Notes under the pieces: generated by a model
What the model saw: the letters and a program-made list of their open reading frames with translations, nothing else
The model's database searches: none
What the model was told of the DNA's origin: nothing
Translations under genes and position numbers: made by a program
Shown here: piece after piece, positions 14,593-25,210 of the stretch
Layout of the letters: every line of letters begins with the position of its first letter
Position numbering within the stretch: position 1 is the stretch's first letter
Assembly: GCA_963836235.1 (NCBI GenBank)
Contig: CAWIIP010000002.1
Coordinates: 139,454 to 203,453, forward strand
Length of the DNA: 64,000 bases
Direction of reading: 5' to 3'
Origin: an uncultured Pseudomonadota bacterium
GTDB lineage: Bacteria > Oederibacteriota > Muellerivitia > Muellerivitales > Muellerivitaceae

Positions 14593-14788
14593 AAATTTTA
14601 AATCCGCCTGAGCCACCTCAACCACCGTTTTAAAAATTTTGACCTCGGGCCACAGTATGCAATAGGCTCCATTGCCAATCAAGGCGTGCCGGCCCTTAGC
14701 CATTCCCCTTTTCAAAAAGGATTTCAAAGGTTAAAATCACACCGCTTTTATAGCCTCCCTATCCTGATTCCAACAAAAGGGGTTTTCA

Positions 14789-15412
14789 ATGCCGACTCTC
14801 GTTTTGGTTCGTCACGGCCAATCACAATGGAACTTGGAGAACAAATTCACCGGGTGGGTGGATGTTCCCCTAACCGAACAGGGAGAAAAAGAGGCTCACC
14901 GAGCGGGTCAACTTTTGAAAGGCTCAAAATTTGACATCGCTTTCACTTCCGATCTTCAACGCGCCCAAAAAACGTTAAATATCATTCTTCAGGAAATCAG
15001 CCAGACCAATCTCATGATTATTAAGGACAAGGCTCTCAACGAGCGACATTACGGCGCCCTCCAGGGTTTGAACAAGGCTGAGACCACCCAGAAATACGGC
15101 GAGGAGCAAGTCAAGATCTGGCGTCGTAGCTATGACGTGCCCCCGCCCAAGGACAATACCGGTTATTCCGAATCCCTCAAGGATACCGCCGCCCGGACCC
15201 TTCCCTATTTTGACCACAAAATCGTGCCCTACTTGAAAGACGGAAAAAACGTCCTCGTTGCCGCCCATGGCAATTCCTTGCGGTCCATCGTCATGCACCT
15301 GGAAAATCTGACCAAGGAACAGGTTCTGGAATTGAACCTTGATACCGGCGTTCCCCGGGTTTACGAATTGGACAAAAACTTGAAGATTCTTTCCTCAAAA
15401 GACCTGAAGTAA
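14789..15412 (+). CDS. gpmA: 2,3-bisphosphoglycerate-dependent phosphoglycerate mutase
   Basis: 207 aa; [12 protein letters not shown] phosphohistidine motif. Confidence 0.9.
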   Translation: MPTLVLVRHGQSQWNLENKFTGWVDVPLTEQGEKEAHRAGQLLKGSKFDIAFTSDLQRAQKTLNIILQEISQTNLMIIKDKALNERHYGALQGLNKAETTQKYGEEQVKIWRRSYDVPPPKDNTGYSESLKDTAARTLPYFDHKIVPYLKDGKNVLVAAHGNSLRSIVMHLENLTKEQVLELNLDTGVPRVYELDKNLKILSSKDLK

Positions 15413-15426
15413 AGCTAACAGTCGAA

Positions 15427-16317
15427 ATGAATAAAACAGGGAAGATATCGCAGTCCATCTATTGCCTTCTGGTCATTGCTCTCTTGGCCTTGAACTGTCT
15501 TTGTGGTTGTGCCCCCCATCGCTTTGCCCTCAAGCCTTCCTCTGCTCCCGCTCCCTCCCCACCCCCGCCCCAACCTCCCGTTTTAACTATTGACCAACTT
15601 TTTGGGCTTCAAAGACCACCTGATCTTATCCGCGACAACGATTCGGACCAATATGCGCAGCGGCCCGTCATGGAAAGCTTTTGGAAGCTAAAGGAGAAGG
15701 CGGCCCAGGACGGCTGGCGTTTGATCCTAGTTTCGGGTTACAGGTCTTTTAGCCACCAACGCCACATTTGGAACCACTTTGACTCCCTTTATAAAAAAAC
15801 AGACAACTTGGACGAAAAAGGACGGGCAAGGGCGGTTATGAGCTTAGTCTCGGTACCTGGACTTTCCCGGCATCATTGGGGTACCGAACTGGATATATCG
15901 GAGGCCAGCTTGAGAGGACAGTTAGTGAACGTGCACCCCGATACTCCGAGTAAGGTAGTCCAGTTTTACGATTGGATGGAACAAAACGCGCCTTTATTTG
16001 GTTTTTGCAAGACTTACGTCGGAAAACATGGGGCAGTAAGGGATGAACCTTGGCATTGGAGCTACTTACCTTTTTCCAGGGTTTACCAACAGCAGTTTAT
16101 GGCGATAAAAGATTTCCACGAAATCATGAACGACAAAGTTTTCAATGTTGGTTTCTTGATGAAGAATTTTCCGAAGATATTGAAACAGGAGATTCGGTCC
16201 ATCAATAGCGAATGCTTTCCGGGAGAACCAACCGAAAAAAGTCAAAACTCCGGCGTGGAAACGGAAGGCAAGGGACAACTACCCCCAACCCCGAAAGGCG
16301 CTGAAGGGGCGGATTAA
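15427..16317 (+). CDS. D-alanyl-D-alanine carboxypeptidase family lipoprotein (peptidase M15B/VanY-like)
   Basis: 296 aa; lipoprotein signal; SGYRSFSHQ and HHWGTELDI zinc-ligand motifs of VanY-type peptidases. Confidence 0.7.
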   Translation: MNKTGKISQSIYCLLVIALLALNCLCGCAPHRFALKPSSAPAPSPPPPQPPVLTIDQLFGLQRPPDLIRDNDSDQYAQRPVMESFWKLKEKAAQDGWRLILVSGYRSFSHQRHIWNHFDSLYKKTDNLDEKGRARAVMSLVSVPGLSRHHWGTELDISEASLRGQLVNVHPDTPSKVVQFYDWMEQNAPLFGFCKTYVGKHGAVRDEPWHWSYLPFSRVYQQQFMAIKDFHEIMNDKVFNVGFLMKNFPKILKQEIRSINSECFPGEPTEKSQNSGVETEGKGQLPPTPKGAEGAD

Positions 16318-16379
16318 GTTCTTTGATCAGATACGGTCACTTATGGCGCCTCGGATTCCATCCCCAAATGAATTCGTCT

Positions 16380-17255
16380 CTACTTTTTGAGCCCGATAAC
16401 CTTGAGGGGATAGTTTGAGTTTTGAACCCTTAAGCGGTCCCCCAATCGGAAGGGATAAGCCAAGTTGGCTCCATCGATAAAAAGCCGACCCTCCTTCATG
16501 CGGGAAACCACTTCTAAAATTCTACCCGGTTCCAATACTCCTTTTAACAAATGGCGGGTTCCAAATTTCTTTTGATAGGCTTCTCGAACCACGTACTGGA
16601 ATTTTCCGGAGGTGGGCGGCAAGGCCTTTCCCCCCGCCGAGAAAATAGCTGCCGTGGAGCCCGCAGCCGTGCTGATCCAGATGCCACTCGACATCTGCTC
16701 CTCGGCCCGGGAACCAACTTTAAGAACGTAACGGGAAGTACCGGCGGGGCTCAAGGTGGTCACCAATAGGTCGTTTAAAACCAGCCAAGGGTTCTTTCGG
16801 CCGTTCACCCAAAACTCAAGCCGGGGAACCGCGGTCGGCTTTAACCTGCCATCGAGATAGGTTTTTAAAACCATTGGAAAGGTCTTTAAATTACAACCGC
16901 TAAAGCGGGCCACGCTTCTTAAGGGATCGGAATTGACTCCCAAGATCGGAACCCGAACAGCATGATGGGAAGCGTCCAGTAACGTTCCGTCTCCACCCAC
17001 AGAAACGAGAAATTTGAACTTTCCATCCACTCCCTTTTCGCGGTGAACCTGGTCTCGGAGAACCAGGGTCACATTCATTCCTTCTTTTTCCAAAGCTTCC
17101 CTGACGCCATTCAGAGTAAGATTGTGGCGTTGATGGCTTCCCAAAACGATGTCCCAGTAGCCGCCCTTTTTCAAGCTTTTAGCCAACTGGTTTTTGGATA
17201 GGTATTGGCTATAGGCGCTTTCTTTATAAACAACCAAAACTCGTGGTCTGGACAT
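16380..17255 (-). CDS. nadK: NAD(+) kinase
   Basis: GGDGTLL and TAAGSTAAIFSAGG motifs. Start taken at MSRPRVLVV (SD AGGAT upstream); longer ORF-track start 17384 overlaps the upstream gene. Confidence 0.75.
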   Translation of the reverse strand: MSRPRVLVVYKESAYSQYLSKNQLAKSLKKGGYWDIVLGSHQRHNLTLNGVREALEKEGMNVTLVLRDQVHREKGVDGKFKFLVSVGGDGTLLDASHHAVRVPILGVNSDPLRSVARFSGCNLKTFPMVLKTYLDGRLKPTAVPRLEFWVNGRKNPWLVLNDLLVTTLSPAGTSRYVLKVGSRAEEQMSSGIWISTAAGSTAAIFSAGGKALPPTSGKFQYVVREAYQKKFGTRHLLKGVLEPGRILEVVSRMKEGRLFIDGANLAYPFRLGDRLRVQNSNYPLKVIGLKK

Positions 17256-17263
17256 GAAATATC

Positions 17264-17863
17264 CTAATTCAGTAGGAATTGCTTGAGGGACACGAAACCC
17301 ACCCGGATCATCATAACCGCGTAAGCGGCCAAAAGAAGCGCGGCTAGTTTGGATAGTACCCGGGTGCCAGTCAGGCCCATCCACTGCATGAGTACGGTGG
17401 ATTTACGGAAAATGGACCAGGACAGGAACAAGTTCAAAATGAGGCAACACCCGATCTCGACGACAGAAAACCTATCCCGAAGAAGAATAAGAGTCGCAAA
17501 AACCGCGGGACCTACCAAAAGCGGAATTCCGAAAGGCACGATCCCCGTCGCTTCCGAGGACTCACTCATGGCCATCATTTTCTGGTCCCACACCACGTCA
17601 CGTAAAGCTACCACAAGGACCAAAAGACCGCCCGCCACCTGAAAGTCGCCGTTTTTAAGACCCAATACATCCAGCACCAGGGGGCCCAGTGGAATAAAGA
17701 GAAGACCGACCATTCCGGCCGTCAGAATGGAAAGGTTCAACATCTTCTGCCTTCTGGCAGGGGAAAGATCGGAGGTCATTTGGATAAAAATCGGCAGGAC
17801 GCCCAAAGGATCCATAGCCACAAAGAGGGGGAGAAAAAGGCTGAGGAAGTCGGAGAAGGTCAT
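17264..17863 (-). CDS. MarC family (UPF0056) integral membrane protein
   Basis: 199 aa; FLPLFVAMDPLGVLPIF signature; 6 TM. Confidence 0.8.
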   Translation of the reverse strand: MTFSDFLSLFLPLFVAMDPLGVLPIFIQMTSDLSPARRQKMLNLSILTAGMVGLLFIPLGPLVLDVLGLKNGDFQVAGGLLVLVVALRDVVWDQKMMAMSESSEATGIVPFGIPLLVGPAVFATLILLRDRFSVVEIGCCLILNLFLSWSIFRKSTVLMQWMGLTGTRVLSKLAALLLAAYAVMMIRVGFVSLKQFLLN

Positions 17864-17937
17864 AGCGCCTCGAATAAAATGATTCCCATGTTGCCATTAT
17901 AAGGCGGAGAGAGTTCCTGGTCGGAAAACCTCTAAAC

Positions 17938-20208
17938 TTATTTGGTTTTCATTACAAAAACACCATCCCAATTAACGCCGGGAGGGTCTTGTTTGAGATG
18001 ATGACACCGTTTCACGAAAATCTCAGCGGGGCCGTCTTTCGGGTCCAAGTCCAAACAATTTTTGAAGCATTTGACCGCCTCGTCCCATTTTTGGGTGCGG
18101 TAGAAAGCCAGGCCCTCTTCAAAAGCCTTCACTTTCATTTCTTTGGCGCCCGCGCCTTTCAAACGGTGGTCCACCAATTCGTAAATGCGGATCGGCTCGT
18201 TTTTCCCCTTCACCTTGATCAGGTCCAGTTCGCGGCAAAGCATGTCATTTTTTACTTGTACATAGGTGGTTTCAGAAATGATGATTTCCACGTGATATTC
18301 TTTCGTGGTCCCTTCCAGGCGGCTTCCCAAATTGACCGCATCACCGATAAGGGTATAGCTTTTCATGGATTCGGACCCCACGAACCCTACGACCATGGGC
18401 CCGCTATTCAATCCGACCCCGATCTCGAGTTTTTCCTTGCCTTCTAATTCCCATTTGGGATGCAGGACCGTATGTAGCAAATCCACCATTCCGAGCGCCG
18501 TACTGCAGGCCCGATAAGCGTTGTCCTGTTGAACTGTTGGCGCCCCCCAGAAGGCCATAATGGCGTCGCCGATGTACTTGTCTAAAGTGCCCTCGGTCTG
18601 GAAAACCAGGTAGGTCATCTGGGTCAAATATTCGTTGAGAATCTCAACCACATCGTGGGGTTTATGTTTTTCGGAGAAAGTCGTGAATCCGCGAACATCG
18701 GAAAACATGACGGTCAGGTTCTTTTCTTCCCCGCCCAGCTCGATTCCCGCCGGCAGTTTCAGGATTTCTTCGACAACTTGAGGCGCTACCATACTCTGGA
18801 ACATCTGCTTCATGTAGCGGCTATGGCGCACTTCCGTACGGAACTTGTAGGTAGTCAGCATGAGGAAAGTTACGACTAATGCCGCGGAGGGATAGGCCAA
18901 GTTGACCACATAGTTGAATTGACCAAAAAGGACACAGGCCACCGCGAAGTAAATGATGAAGACGAGGAGAAACCAAACCGTGCCCATGATGGGGGTCAGA
19001 CGGGGGATCAAGTACCACATGAGCATGGCCGCCACTACGATTAGAGCCAGGGTCAAAGGTTCAGGGGCTTTCCTGAGGAAATTTCCGGAGATGGCGTTTT
19101 CCAGGACGTTGGCGTTGACATCCATCCCGGGCGCATTGTGGGTAAAAGGCGTGGGCCTCAAGTCGAAAAGCCCCGTGGCTGTCGCCCCGAAAATCACCAC
19201 CGAATCCTTCAACTCCTCGGGCTTGATCCGGCCGTTCAACAAATCACTAGCGGAATAGGTGGGAAAAGTGAAAGTTGGCGGATTCTTTCCGTAATCGATG
19301 AAAGGCCCGCAATAATTGATAAGGGCGATGCCCAGGTCCTGGATGGGGATTTGGTGCTTCCCTACCTTCACGTATTCTCCCATGTTAAACTTGATCGGAT
19401 CCTTGTCCCCCAGGAAGTAGCGGGCCATCTGGAGTGACGCATGGGGAATCAATTTTCCCTGGTAGGAAAGGACTGTCGGATAATAACGATAGATTCCATC
19501 CCAATAAGGGAACACGGTCGTGTGGCCCGAGTCCAGCGCGGATTGCTGTAGGAGAGGTATGGAAACGAGTAATGACTTGGCGTTGATCAAATCATCGGTT
19601 GATCCCCCGAACAACTCCGCCGGGGTGAAATGAAGCTTCCGGGGGTCGGGGATGGATCCCTCGGTTTCGGAGACATAGGGCTCGATCAAGAGGAAAACAT
19701 TGCCCGCCTCCCGGATCGCCGCCGCCAATTGGGCGTCCCCGTCCTCCGACTCTTGAAACTTCTTGACGTCCGACCGGACCTTCTCCCGCATCGAGTTGGC
19801 CGTTTTGGAGGAACCCTTGAGTGAGGCTCCCAAAACTTCGTCCAGTTGGGCGAGCATTTTTTCCTGGGTGCGTTCGGGTTCCGGGAAAAAGACGTCGTAA
19901 AAAACGAATTTAACACCGTCCGCCTTGAGAAGACGGACAATCTTGGCGTGGGTGGCCCGGGGCCAGGGCCATTGGCCCACTTCCTTCAGGCTTTTCTCGT
20001 CTACCGTGATCAATTTAATGGGAGCCTGGGGAACCCTGGCACCGCGGACGGAGAAACGTAAGTCGATCGTCTTGTTTTCCAGCAAAACAAAAAAACTAAA
20101 ATCCTGGTTTTCACATGCGAAAAGAAGGAGGATCACCCCGAAGGCCATCCAAAAAGCGGTTTTTTTGCTGTAATTAACTTTGATTTCTTTGGCTTGGGGC
20201 TGGGGCAT
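17938..20208 (-). CDS. CHASE2 sensor-domain adenylate/guanylate cyclase with C-terminal TPR-like tail
   Basis: 756 aa; N-terminal TM, periplasmic CHASE2-like region, 3 TM, class III cyclase core (VMFSDVRGFTTFSE ... YIGDAIMAFWGAP). Confidence 0.85.
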   Translation of the reverse strand: MPQPQAKEIKVNYSKKTAFWMAFGVILLLFACENQDFSFFVLLENKTIDLRFSVRGARVPQAPIKLITVDEKSLKEVGQWPWPRATHAKIVRLLKADGVKFVFYDVFFPEPERTQEKMLAQLDEVLGASLKGSSKTANSMREKVRSDVKKFQESEDGDAQLAAAIREAGNVFLLIEPYVSETEGSIPDPRKLHFTPAELFGGSTDDLINAKSLLVSIPLLQQSALDSGHTTVFPYWDGIYRYYPTVLSYQGKLIPHASLQMARYFLGDKDPIKFNMGEYVKVGKHQIPIQDLGIALINYCGPFIDYGKNPPTFTFPTYSASDLLNGRIKPEELKDSVVIFGATATGLFDLRPTPFTHNAPGMDVNANVLENAISGNFLRKAPEPLTLALIVVAAMLMWYLIPRLTPIMGTVWFLLVFIIYFAVACVLFGQFNYVVNLAYPSAALVVTFLMLTTYKFRTEVRHSRYMKQMFQSMVAPQVVEEILKLPAGIELGGEEKNLTVMFSDVRGFTTFSEKHKPHDVVEILNEYLTQMTYLVFQTEGTLDKYIGDAIMAFWGAPTVQQDNAYRACSTALGMVDLLHTVLHPKWELEGKEKLEIGVGLNSGPMVVGFVGSESMKSYTLIGDAVNLGSRLEGTTKEYHVEIIISETTYVQVKNDMLCRELDLIKVKGKNEPIRIYELVDHRLKGAGAKEMKVKAFEEGLAFYRTQKWDEAVKCFKNCLDLDPKDGPAEIFVKRCHHLKQDPPGVNWDGVFVMKTK

Positions 20209-20297
20209 GGCTGCATTCTATGTTTGACCCAACAAAGGGTCAAACAGTTTTGAATTCTTAACTCGGAATTTTAACTGAATGTAACCGTGTTTCGAGG

Positions 20298-21095
20298 CTA
20301 AGAGGACGCCGATCTGTACCGCTGAAGACCCTTCTTCCAAATCCACACCGTAAAAGCCATAAACGAAAGTCCTAAGGCAAATCCGTAGAATATCCAGCCG
20401 CTTTCCAGCTTATGAATCAGGAGCCCGGCTGGGAAATTGGAAACGATCAGCATCGGGATTACCGTCATCAACACCCGGCGGATCAACCAGGGGTAAATAT
20501 CCCCGGGATAGCGGGAAAATTGACCGAACTGCCAATAAAGCTCCATGAGGTTGTTGGAGCGCCCGATCCAAAAGGTCCAAACCGAAAGGGTGAAAAGCAT
20601 GGCGTAATAAATAAGGACGCTGTTCACAACGAGGGCGGCGAAAAGAACCGCTTCCCCTAAACTAACGGTCGCCCCCATTTTATGCAGCGCGAAAAGGATC
20701 ACCCCAACACCAATCGAGCTATTGGCGATGGAAGAATAATCGGTATAGCGCAACGACACCAGGAACTGGGTGTTGATAGGCTTGATCAGGTTGAAATCCA
20801 GGTCACCTTGGCGGATCTGGTCCGTCAGCCTTGTACAGTTATCGTAAAAGAGCGCCTCGAAAAGTTGGGTGATGACGTGATTGGTGCCGGCCAAAACGAC
20901 CATCTCCCATAAAGTCCAACCCGCGATTTCCTTCGTCTGCCCGAAAATGACCCCTATATAAACAAACTGCATCGCCAGCCACATGAATTCGGTGACAAGG
21001 CGGATCAGGAAATTGGACTTGAACTGCATTTCCCGGATCAGGCAGTTTTTCATCATTAAGCCGGTCAGCCGCAGATATCTTCCCAATGGGTTCAT
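20298..21095 (-). CDS. ABC-2 type transporter permease
   Basis: 265 aa polytopic membrane protein, adjacent to second permease and ABC ATPase. Confidence 0.7.
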   Translation of the reverse strand: MNPLGRYLRLTGLMMKNCLIREMQFKSNFLIRLVTEFMWLAMQFVYIGVIFGQTKEIAGWTLWEMVVLAGTNHVITQLFEALFYDNCTRLTDQIRQGDLDFNLIKPINTQFLVSLRYTDYSSIANSSIGVGVILFALHKMGATVSLGEAVLFAALVVNSVLIYYAMLFTLSVWTFWIGRSNNLMELYWQFGQFSRYPGDIYPWLIRRVLMTVIPMLIVSNFPAGLLIHKLESGWIFYGFALGLSFMAFTVWIWKKGLQRYRSASS

Positions 21096-21096
21096 T

Positions 21097-21951
21097 TCAT
21101 CCCCCCACCGCCGAATAGCGTTTTAGGCCCGTCTTCCACGTGGCCTGACTGATCAAGTAAAAAACGCCCACCCATAAAAATCCGATTCCCAGCACCTGGG
21201 GCAATTGGGCTTGGGATACCTTCCCCATCAAAATCATACAGGGCCAATAGCCCTCATAGCCAAAAGGGGAAAGGGATAAAAAGGGCTGCATGGCCGCGGG
21301 CAGGATGTTCAACGGAATCATTTGGCCCGAAAGGAAAAACTCGATCATCATCACCACGAAAAGGAAGGTCGATATTTCCAGAAACCAAAAAGCGAGGGTT
21401 CCAATGACGAAGCAAAAAAGCATCCCGATGGCAAAAGCGATGACCAATGAAACCACGAAGGCAGCCCATTCCCACAAGGTGGGGATATGGCTGAAAAAAT
21501 GCCGCATCAGGAAAAAAATAGGCGGAAAGGTGAAAAGAGCCACGTACCAGAAAACCAATTTATGGGCCAGGCGGTACATCACTTGATACCACAGGTAACT
21601 GATCGGCCGGATAAGGTAACGGTTGAGCAGACCGTCCTTGATATCCTTGGTGATGTCCGATGTGGTGCCGGGAACGCTGGAGAAGCCCCGGGCGATATAC
21701 ATCAACGCGTTATAGGTGACCATATCGGCATAGCTCATGCCCATAATGTTAGGGGTGCCGCCTCCGGTCTTGCGGGATTGATAAACGGCGTACCAGAGAA
21801 AAATCAAGGTCACCAAGGGCAGGAAGCGGAAAACCGCCCCGAAGACATAATTAGCCCGGTAGGACATATCCTCTTGGGTGCGGGTCGAAAGGATAACCCA
21901 GTATTTGTGAAGGGGGGACTTGGATAAGGTTGTCGAGGTTGGAATCGCCAT
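21097..21951 (-). CDS. ABC-2 type transporter permease
   Basis: 284 aa polytopic membrane protein; 1-nt spacing to neighbours (operon). Confidence 0.7.
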   Translation of the reverse strand: MAIPTSTTLSKSPLHKYWVILSTRTQEDMSYRANYVFGAVFRFLPLVTLIFLWYAVYQSRKTGGGTPNIMGMSYADMVTYNALMYIARGFSSVPGTTSDITKDIKDGLLNRYLIRPISYLWYQVMYRLAHKLVFWYVALFTFPPIFFLMRHFFSHIPTLWEWAAFVVSLVIAFAIGMLFCFVIGTLAFWFLEISTFLFVVMMIEFFLSGQMIPLNILPAAMQPFLSLSPFGYEGYWPCMILMGKVSQAQLPQVLGIGFLWVGVFYLISQATWKTGLKRYSAVGG

Positions 21952-22934
21952 TAGCTCTCAGATCCTTTAAAGACCTTCTCGATTACTTCCTCGATCGGCA
22001 CTTCCTCAATATTGATATCATCTACGTCGAATTGGTTCAAAATCTCGTTGGAGGCGCTTTTCACCTTTTCCCTCGGTACCTTCAAAACCGATTTCGCCTT
22101 GGTATATTCCAGCACTTCCCCCAGGGCCGCCATCTGCTCCCGGCTCACCCCCCCGTTTTTAAAAGAAACCGAAATCAACTTGGTTTGGGAGAATTTTTCC
22201 ACCACATCGTCTAGTCGCCCGTCGAATATCTTTTTCCCATGATTGATGACGACCACTCTTTCGCAAAGCGCCTGGATGTCGTTCATATAATGGCTCGTGA
22301 GGAGAATGGTTGTCTTGGTGCGACGGTTATAATCCTTGATGAATTCCCGGATGTTCTTTTGGGCCACAACATCCAATCCGATAGTAGGCTCGTCCAGAAA
22401 CAAAACCCGGGGGCGGTGCAAAAGGGACGCGATCAGCTCGAATTTCATGCGCTCTCCCAGAGAAAGTTCGCGCACCATGATCCCCAGGAGTTTTTTCACC
22501 TGCAAAAGCTCCGTCATTTCGTCCAAGACCTTTTGATAGGCCTCATCCTCCACCCCATAGATTTCTTTATTGAGGTAAAGGGATTCTTGGGCTGGCAGGT
22601 CCCACCAAAGCTGGTTTTTCTGGCCCATCACCAGCGCGAATTGGCGGCGATATTCATTTTTGCGTTCCCAGGGAGTGAATCCCATGACTTTCGCGGTTCC
22701 CGAAGTCGGAAAGAGAATTCCGGAGAGCATTTTTAAAGTGGTAGTCTTCCCCGCCCCATTAGGGCCCAGGAAGCCGACCAACTCTCCCTCTTCGATGTTA
22801 AAGGAAACTCCATCCACCGCTCGCACTTCGGTATATTCCCGATTAAAGAGGCCTTTAAAGGCCCCGCCCAAGCCTGGAAGGCGTTTTTGAGTGCGATAGA
22901 TTTTGCTGAGGTTTTCCACTTCAATAATAGGCAT
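21951..22934 (-). CDS. ABC transporter ATP-binding protein
   Basis: Walker A GPNGAGKTTTLK, ABC signature LSLGERMK, Walker B LFLDEPT. Start at MPIIEVENLSKIYRT with SD AAGAGGA. Confidence 0.85.
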   Translation of the reverse strand: MPIIEVENLSKIYRTQKRLPGLGGAFKGLFNREYTEVRAVDGVSFNIEEGELVGFLGPNGAGKTTTLKMLSGILFPTSGTAKVMGFTPWERKNEYRRQFALVMGQKNQLWWDLPAQESLYLNKEIYGVEDEAYQKVLDEMTELLQVKKLLGIMVRELSLGERMKFELIASLLHRPRVLFLDEPTIGLDVVAQKNIREFIKDYNRRTKTTILLTSHYMNDIQALCERVVVINHGKKIFDGRLDDVVEKFSQTKLISVSFKNGGVSREQMAALGEVLEYTKAKSVLKVPREKVKSASNEILNQFDVDDINIEEVPIEEVIEKVFKGSES

Positions 22935-23055
22935 TGGGAGGCGTCCTCTTTCTTTTTGGTGAGTGGCGGTTATTATAGGAACCGCCATAAGCCTCAAACA
23001 AGGCAAGCCACAAAATATTTAGCCGTAAATCGAGGCGAATTTTAGTTGTAAGTCT

Positions 23056-23400
23056 TTAAGTGACGATTTGCCAATTCCCCACTTCCAGCTGGGACGGCAA
23101 GAAGTAGGCCTTCCCATCGGGTTGGGTCGTTTTGGTGTAGGTGACGCTGTTGGAGGGTGGGATCGCCTGGACCGACAAGCCCGTGACCGGAAAGGAATTA
23201 AGGACAGGGGTTGAGCCGGGCGTGGGGTAGGTGAGGTAATTATCGGTGACATAGACCTCAAGCGGCCCTGAGATTGGCAAGGGAGTTGGCGTGGCCTGGT
23301 TCAACGAGGGGGCGTCCGCCGCGGTGGGTACGTTTTTTTTACAGCCGTCGAGCAAAGCGAAGCCACAAGCGAGAGAAACGATTACCGACACGACCAGCAT
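23056..23400 (-). CDS. Hypothetical lipoprotein
   Basis: Start at MLVVSVIVSLACGFALLDGCKK (lipobox LDGC). First gene past the ABC transporter; start of accessory region. Confidence 0.5.
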   Translation of the reverse strand: MLVVSVIVSLACGFALLDGCKKNVPTAADAPSLNQATPTPLPISGPLEVYVTDNYLTYPTPGSTPVLNSFPVTGLSVQAIPPSNSVTYTKTTQPDGKAYFLPSQLEVGNWQIVT

Positions 23401-23434
23401 ATTTTTCTTTTTCACACGAACCCCTATTGAATTA

Positions 23435-23620
23435 CTAGACCTTGTTTTTCCTCTGATACCTTGCGTCAAGTTCCTGCTTTACGATTTCCGAAATAGTAAG
23501 CCGCCTGCCCCTCGAAGCTTCCTTGGAGATCTCCTCTTCCATCATTTCCTTGTGCATCGGCAGGACCATCGCGTGTAAACGAACGAGCTTGATCCTTTTG
23601 TTTTCCTTTGCTTGTTCCAT
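23435..23620 (-). CDS. Small basic protein, possible ribbon-helix-helix regulator
   Basis: 61 aa; weak CopG/ParD-like pattern (RRLTISEIVKQEL). Confidence 0.3.
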   Translation of the reverse strand: MEQAKENKRIKLVRLHAMVLPMHKEMMEEEISKEASRGRRLTISEIVKQELDARYQRKNKV

Positions 23621-23949
23621 GGAACCTCGCGGGATTACACATTAGATGTGGTGATAGTGTGGTGAGCGTGTGCGAGGGTTTTAACATGAGAAAAAAATTA
23701 TGCGAAAGGAAAAATGAAAATAATTCTCAAACCGAGAATGACGGACAGGCTTTGTGCGGATATCGTTTCGATGAGGAAAAGGGTATTAGTTGGACAGAAA
23801 AGTTGCGGAAAATAATTTAACCGCTCAATGAAGATAAATTCCTCCCGCCCGAATTCATTAGTGTTCAATGACTACAGACGGAGTAGGAACGATTTATTAC
23901 AGAAAATTATTAAGGAAAAGTGAAAAACGTTATGAGGTGGTTGTTGAAG

Positions 23950-24264
23950 TCACTTGAGGTAGAAGCCGCGGTGGGTGAGAAAGTTGTCAACACGCTCCAA
24001 AACCAAAGTGACTGCTTCCCCGACCGCTGGTTCTCCGGTTTCTTTTAAAATGATCGAATTGATTAATTCAAGCAGATCTATTCGGACGGTTTTGTGCCGG
24101 GCGATTAGGTCTTCGTGGGAGAGAAGCACTTCTTCCATTGCAATTAAAGGGGGGTACACCTGGTCAAAAGTGGCCGTTGTCAGACGGGTGTCCAAGATGC
24201 GCCTTATTAAGGCCAAATTGTCCATGGAACACCTATGAGGTAAACGGTATATCCAAGAGGTCAA
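23950..24264 (-). CDS. Hypothetical protein
   Basis: 104 aa, divergently oriented to the recombinase gene. Confidence 0.35.
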   Translation of the reverse strand: MTSWIYRLPHRCSMDNLALIRRILDTRLTTATFDQVYPPLIAMEEVLLSHEDLIARHKTVRIDLLELINSIILKETGEPAVGEAVTLVLERVDNFLTHRGFYLK

Positions 24265-24373
24265 TTTGTCAATTTTAGGGGGTAATGGAATACTCAGGCG
24301 CTCCGGATCGCCAATAAGAGGGGCCGCTACGGCGAAGAATTAAGGTTCGTTTAGCCCCTCAAAGGGAGAGGCA

Positions 24374-25210
24374 ATGAAAACAAACCTTAAATTAAAACCG
24401 TCCATACAAGCCGTCCTTTATGTACGGGTATCTTCTAAAGAACAAGAAAAAGGGGGGTTTTCAATCCCCGCCCAATTGAGATTGCTTCGGCAGTACGGGG
24501 AAACCCAGGGGTTTACCATTGTTAAAGAATTCCGGGACGTGGAAACCGCCAAGCAATCCGGCCGGGAGGGGTTTGGGGAGATGGTTAATTTCCTTATCAA
24601 GAATACGAACTGCAAATATTTACTGGTCGAAAAGACCGACCGTCTTTACCGAAATTTCAAGGATTACGTTTCATTAGAGGATATGGATGTGGAGATCCAC
24701 CTGGTCAAGGAAGGGTCCATCGTTTCGAATAATTCCAAATCGGCGGAAAAGTTTATCCATGGGATAAAAGTCTTAATGGCAAAAAATTACATCGATAACC
24801 TCTCGGAGGAAACGCGAAAAGGGATGACTGAAAAGGCAGAACAAGGGATTTGGCCCTCGTTAGCCCCGGTTGGTTACAAGAATGTTTTGGGAAAAGCCGG
24901 GAAAAGAACAATAAAACCTGACTCCCGGTCTGCTCCTCTTGTTATCCGCCTTTTCAAAACCTATTCATCGGGAAATTATTCCCTAGAAGGGATGGCACGA
25001 AAGTTTAAAGGAAAAGGTTTTGTTAGTGCTAAAAGGCCCTTGCACAGGAGTACCGTCCATAAAATTCTTTCGAACCAAATGTATTCAGGGCATTTCAATT
25101 GGAAGGGGAAACTTTACCAGGGGAAATATCCGCCCTTAATATCGGAAAAATTATGGGAAAAGGTACAAGGAAAATTGAGGACCAGGTGCACAACCAAATT
25201 GCAGGTTTAG
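24374..25210 (+). CDS. Serine recombinase (resolvase catalytic domain + recombinase domain), apparently truncated
   Basis: VLYVRVSSKEQ (catalytic Ser), ...KTDRLYRN..., then recombinase-domain pattern (NYIDNLSEETRKGMTEKAEQGIWPSLAPVGYKN). Ends at 278 aa where large serine recombinases continue with a zinc ribbon and coiled coil. Confidence 0.8.
   Translation: MKTNLKLKPSIQAVLYVRVSSKEQEKGGFSIPAQLRLLRQYGETQGFTIVKEFRDVETAKQSGREGFGEMVNFLIKNTNCKYLLVEKTDRLYRNFKDYVSLEDMDVEIHLVKEGSIVSNNSKSAEKFIHGIKVLMAKNYIDNLSEETRKGMTEKAEQGIWPSLAPVGYKNVLGKAGKRTIKPDSRSAPLVIRLFKTYSSGNYSLEGMARKFKGKGFVSAKRPLHRSTVHKILSNQMYSGHFNWKGKLYQGKYPPLISEKLWEKVQGKLRTRCTTKLQV

Noticed and set aside
14593-14788. Possible FMN riboswitch upstream of ribD
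   Set aside because: Conserved FMN-element blocks not found by eye on the minus strand; left as a check rather than a feature.
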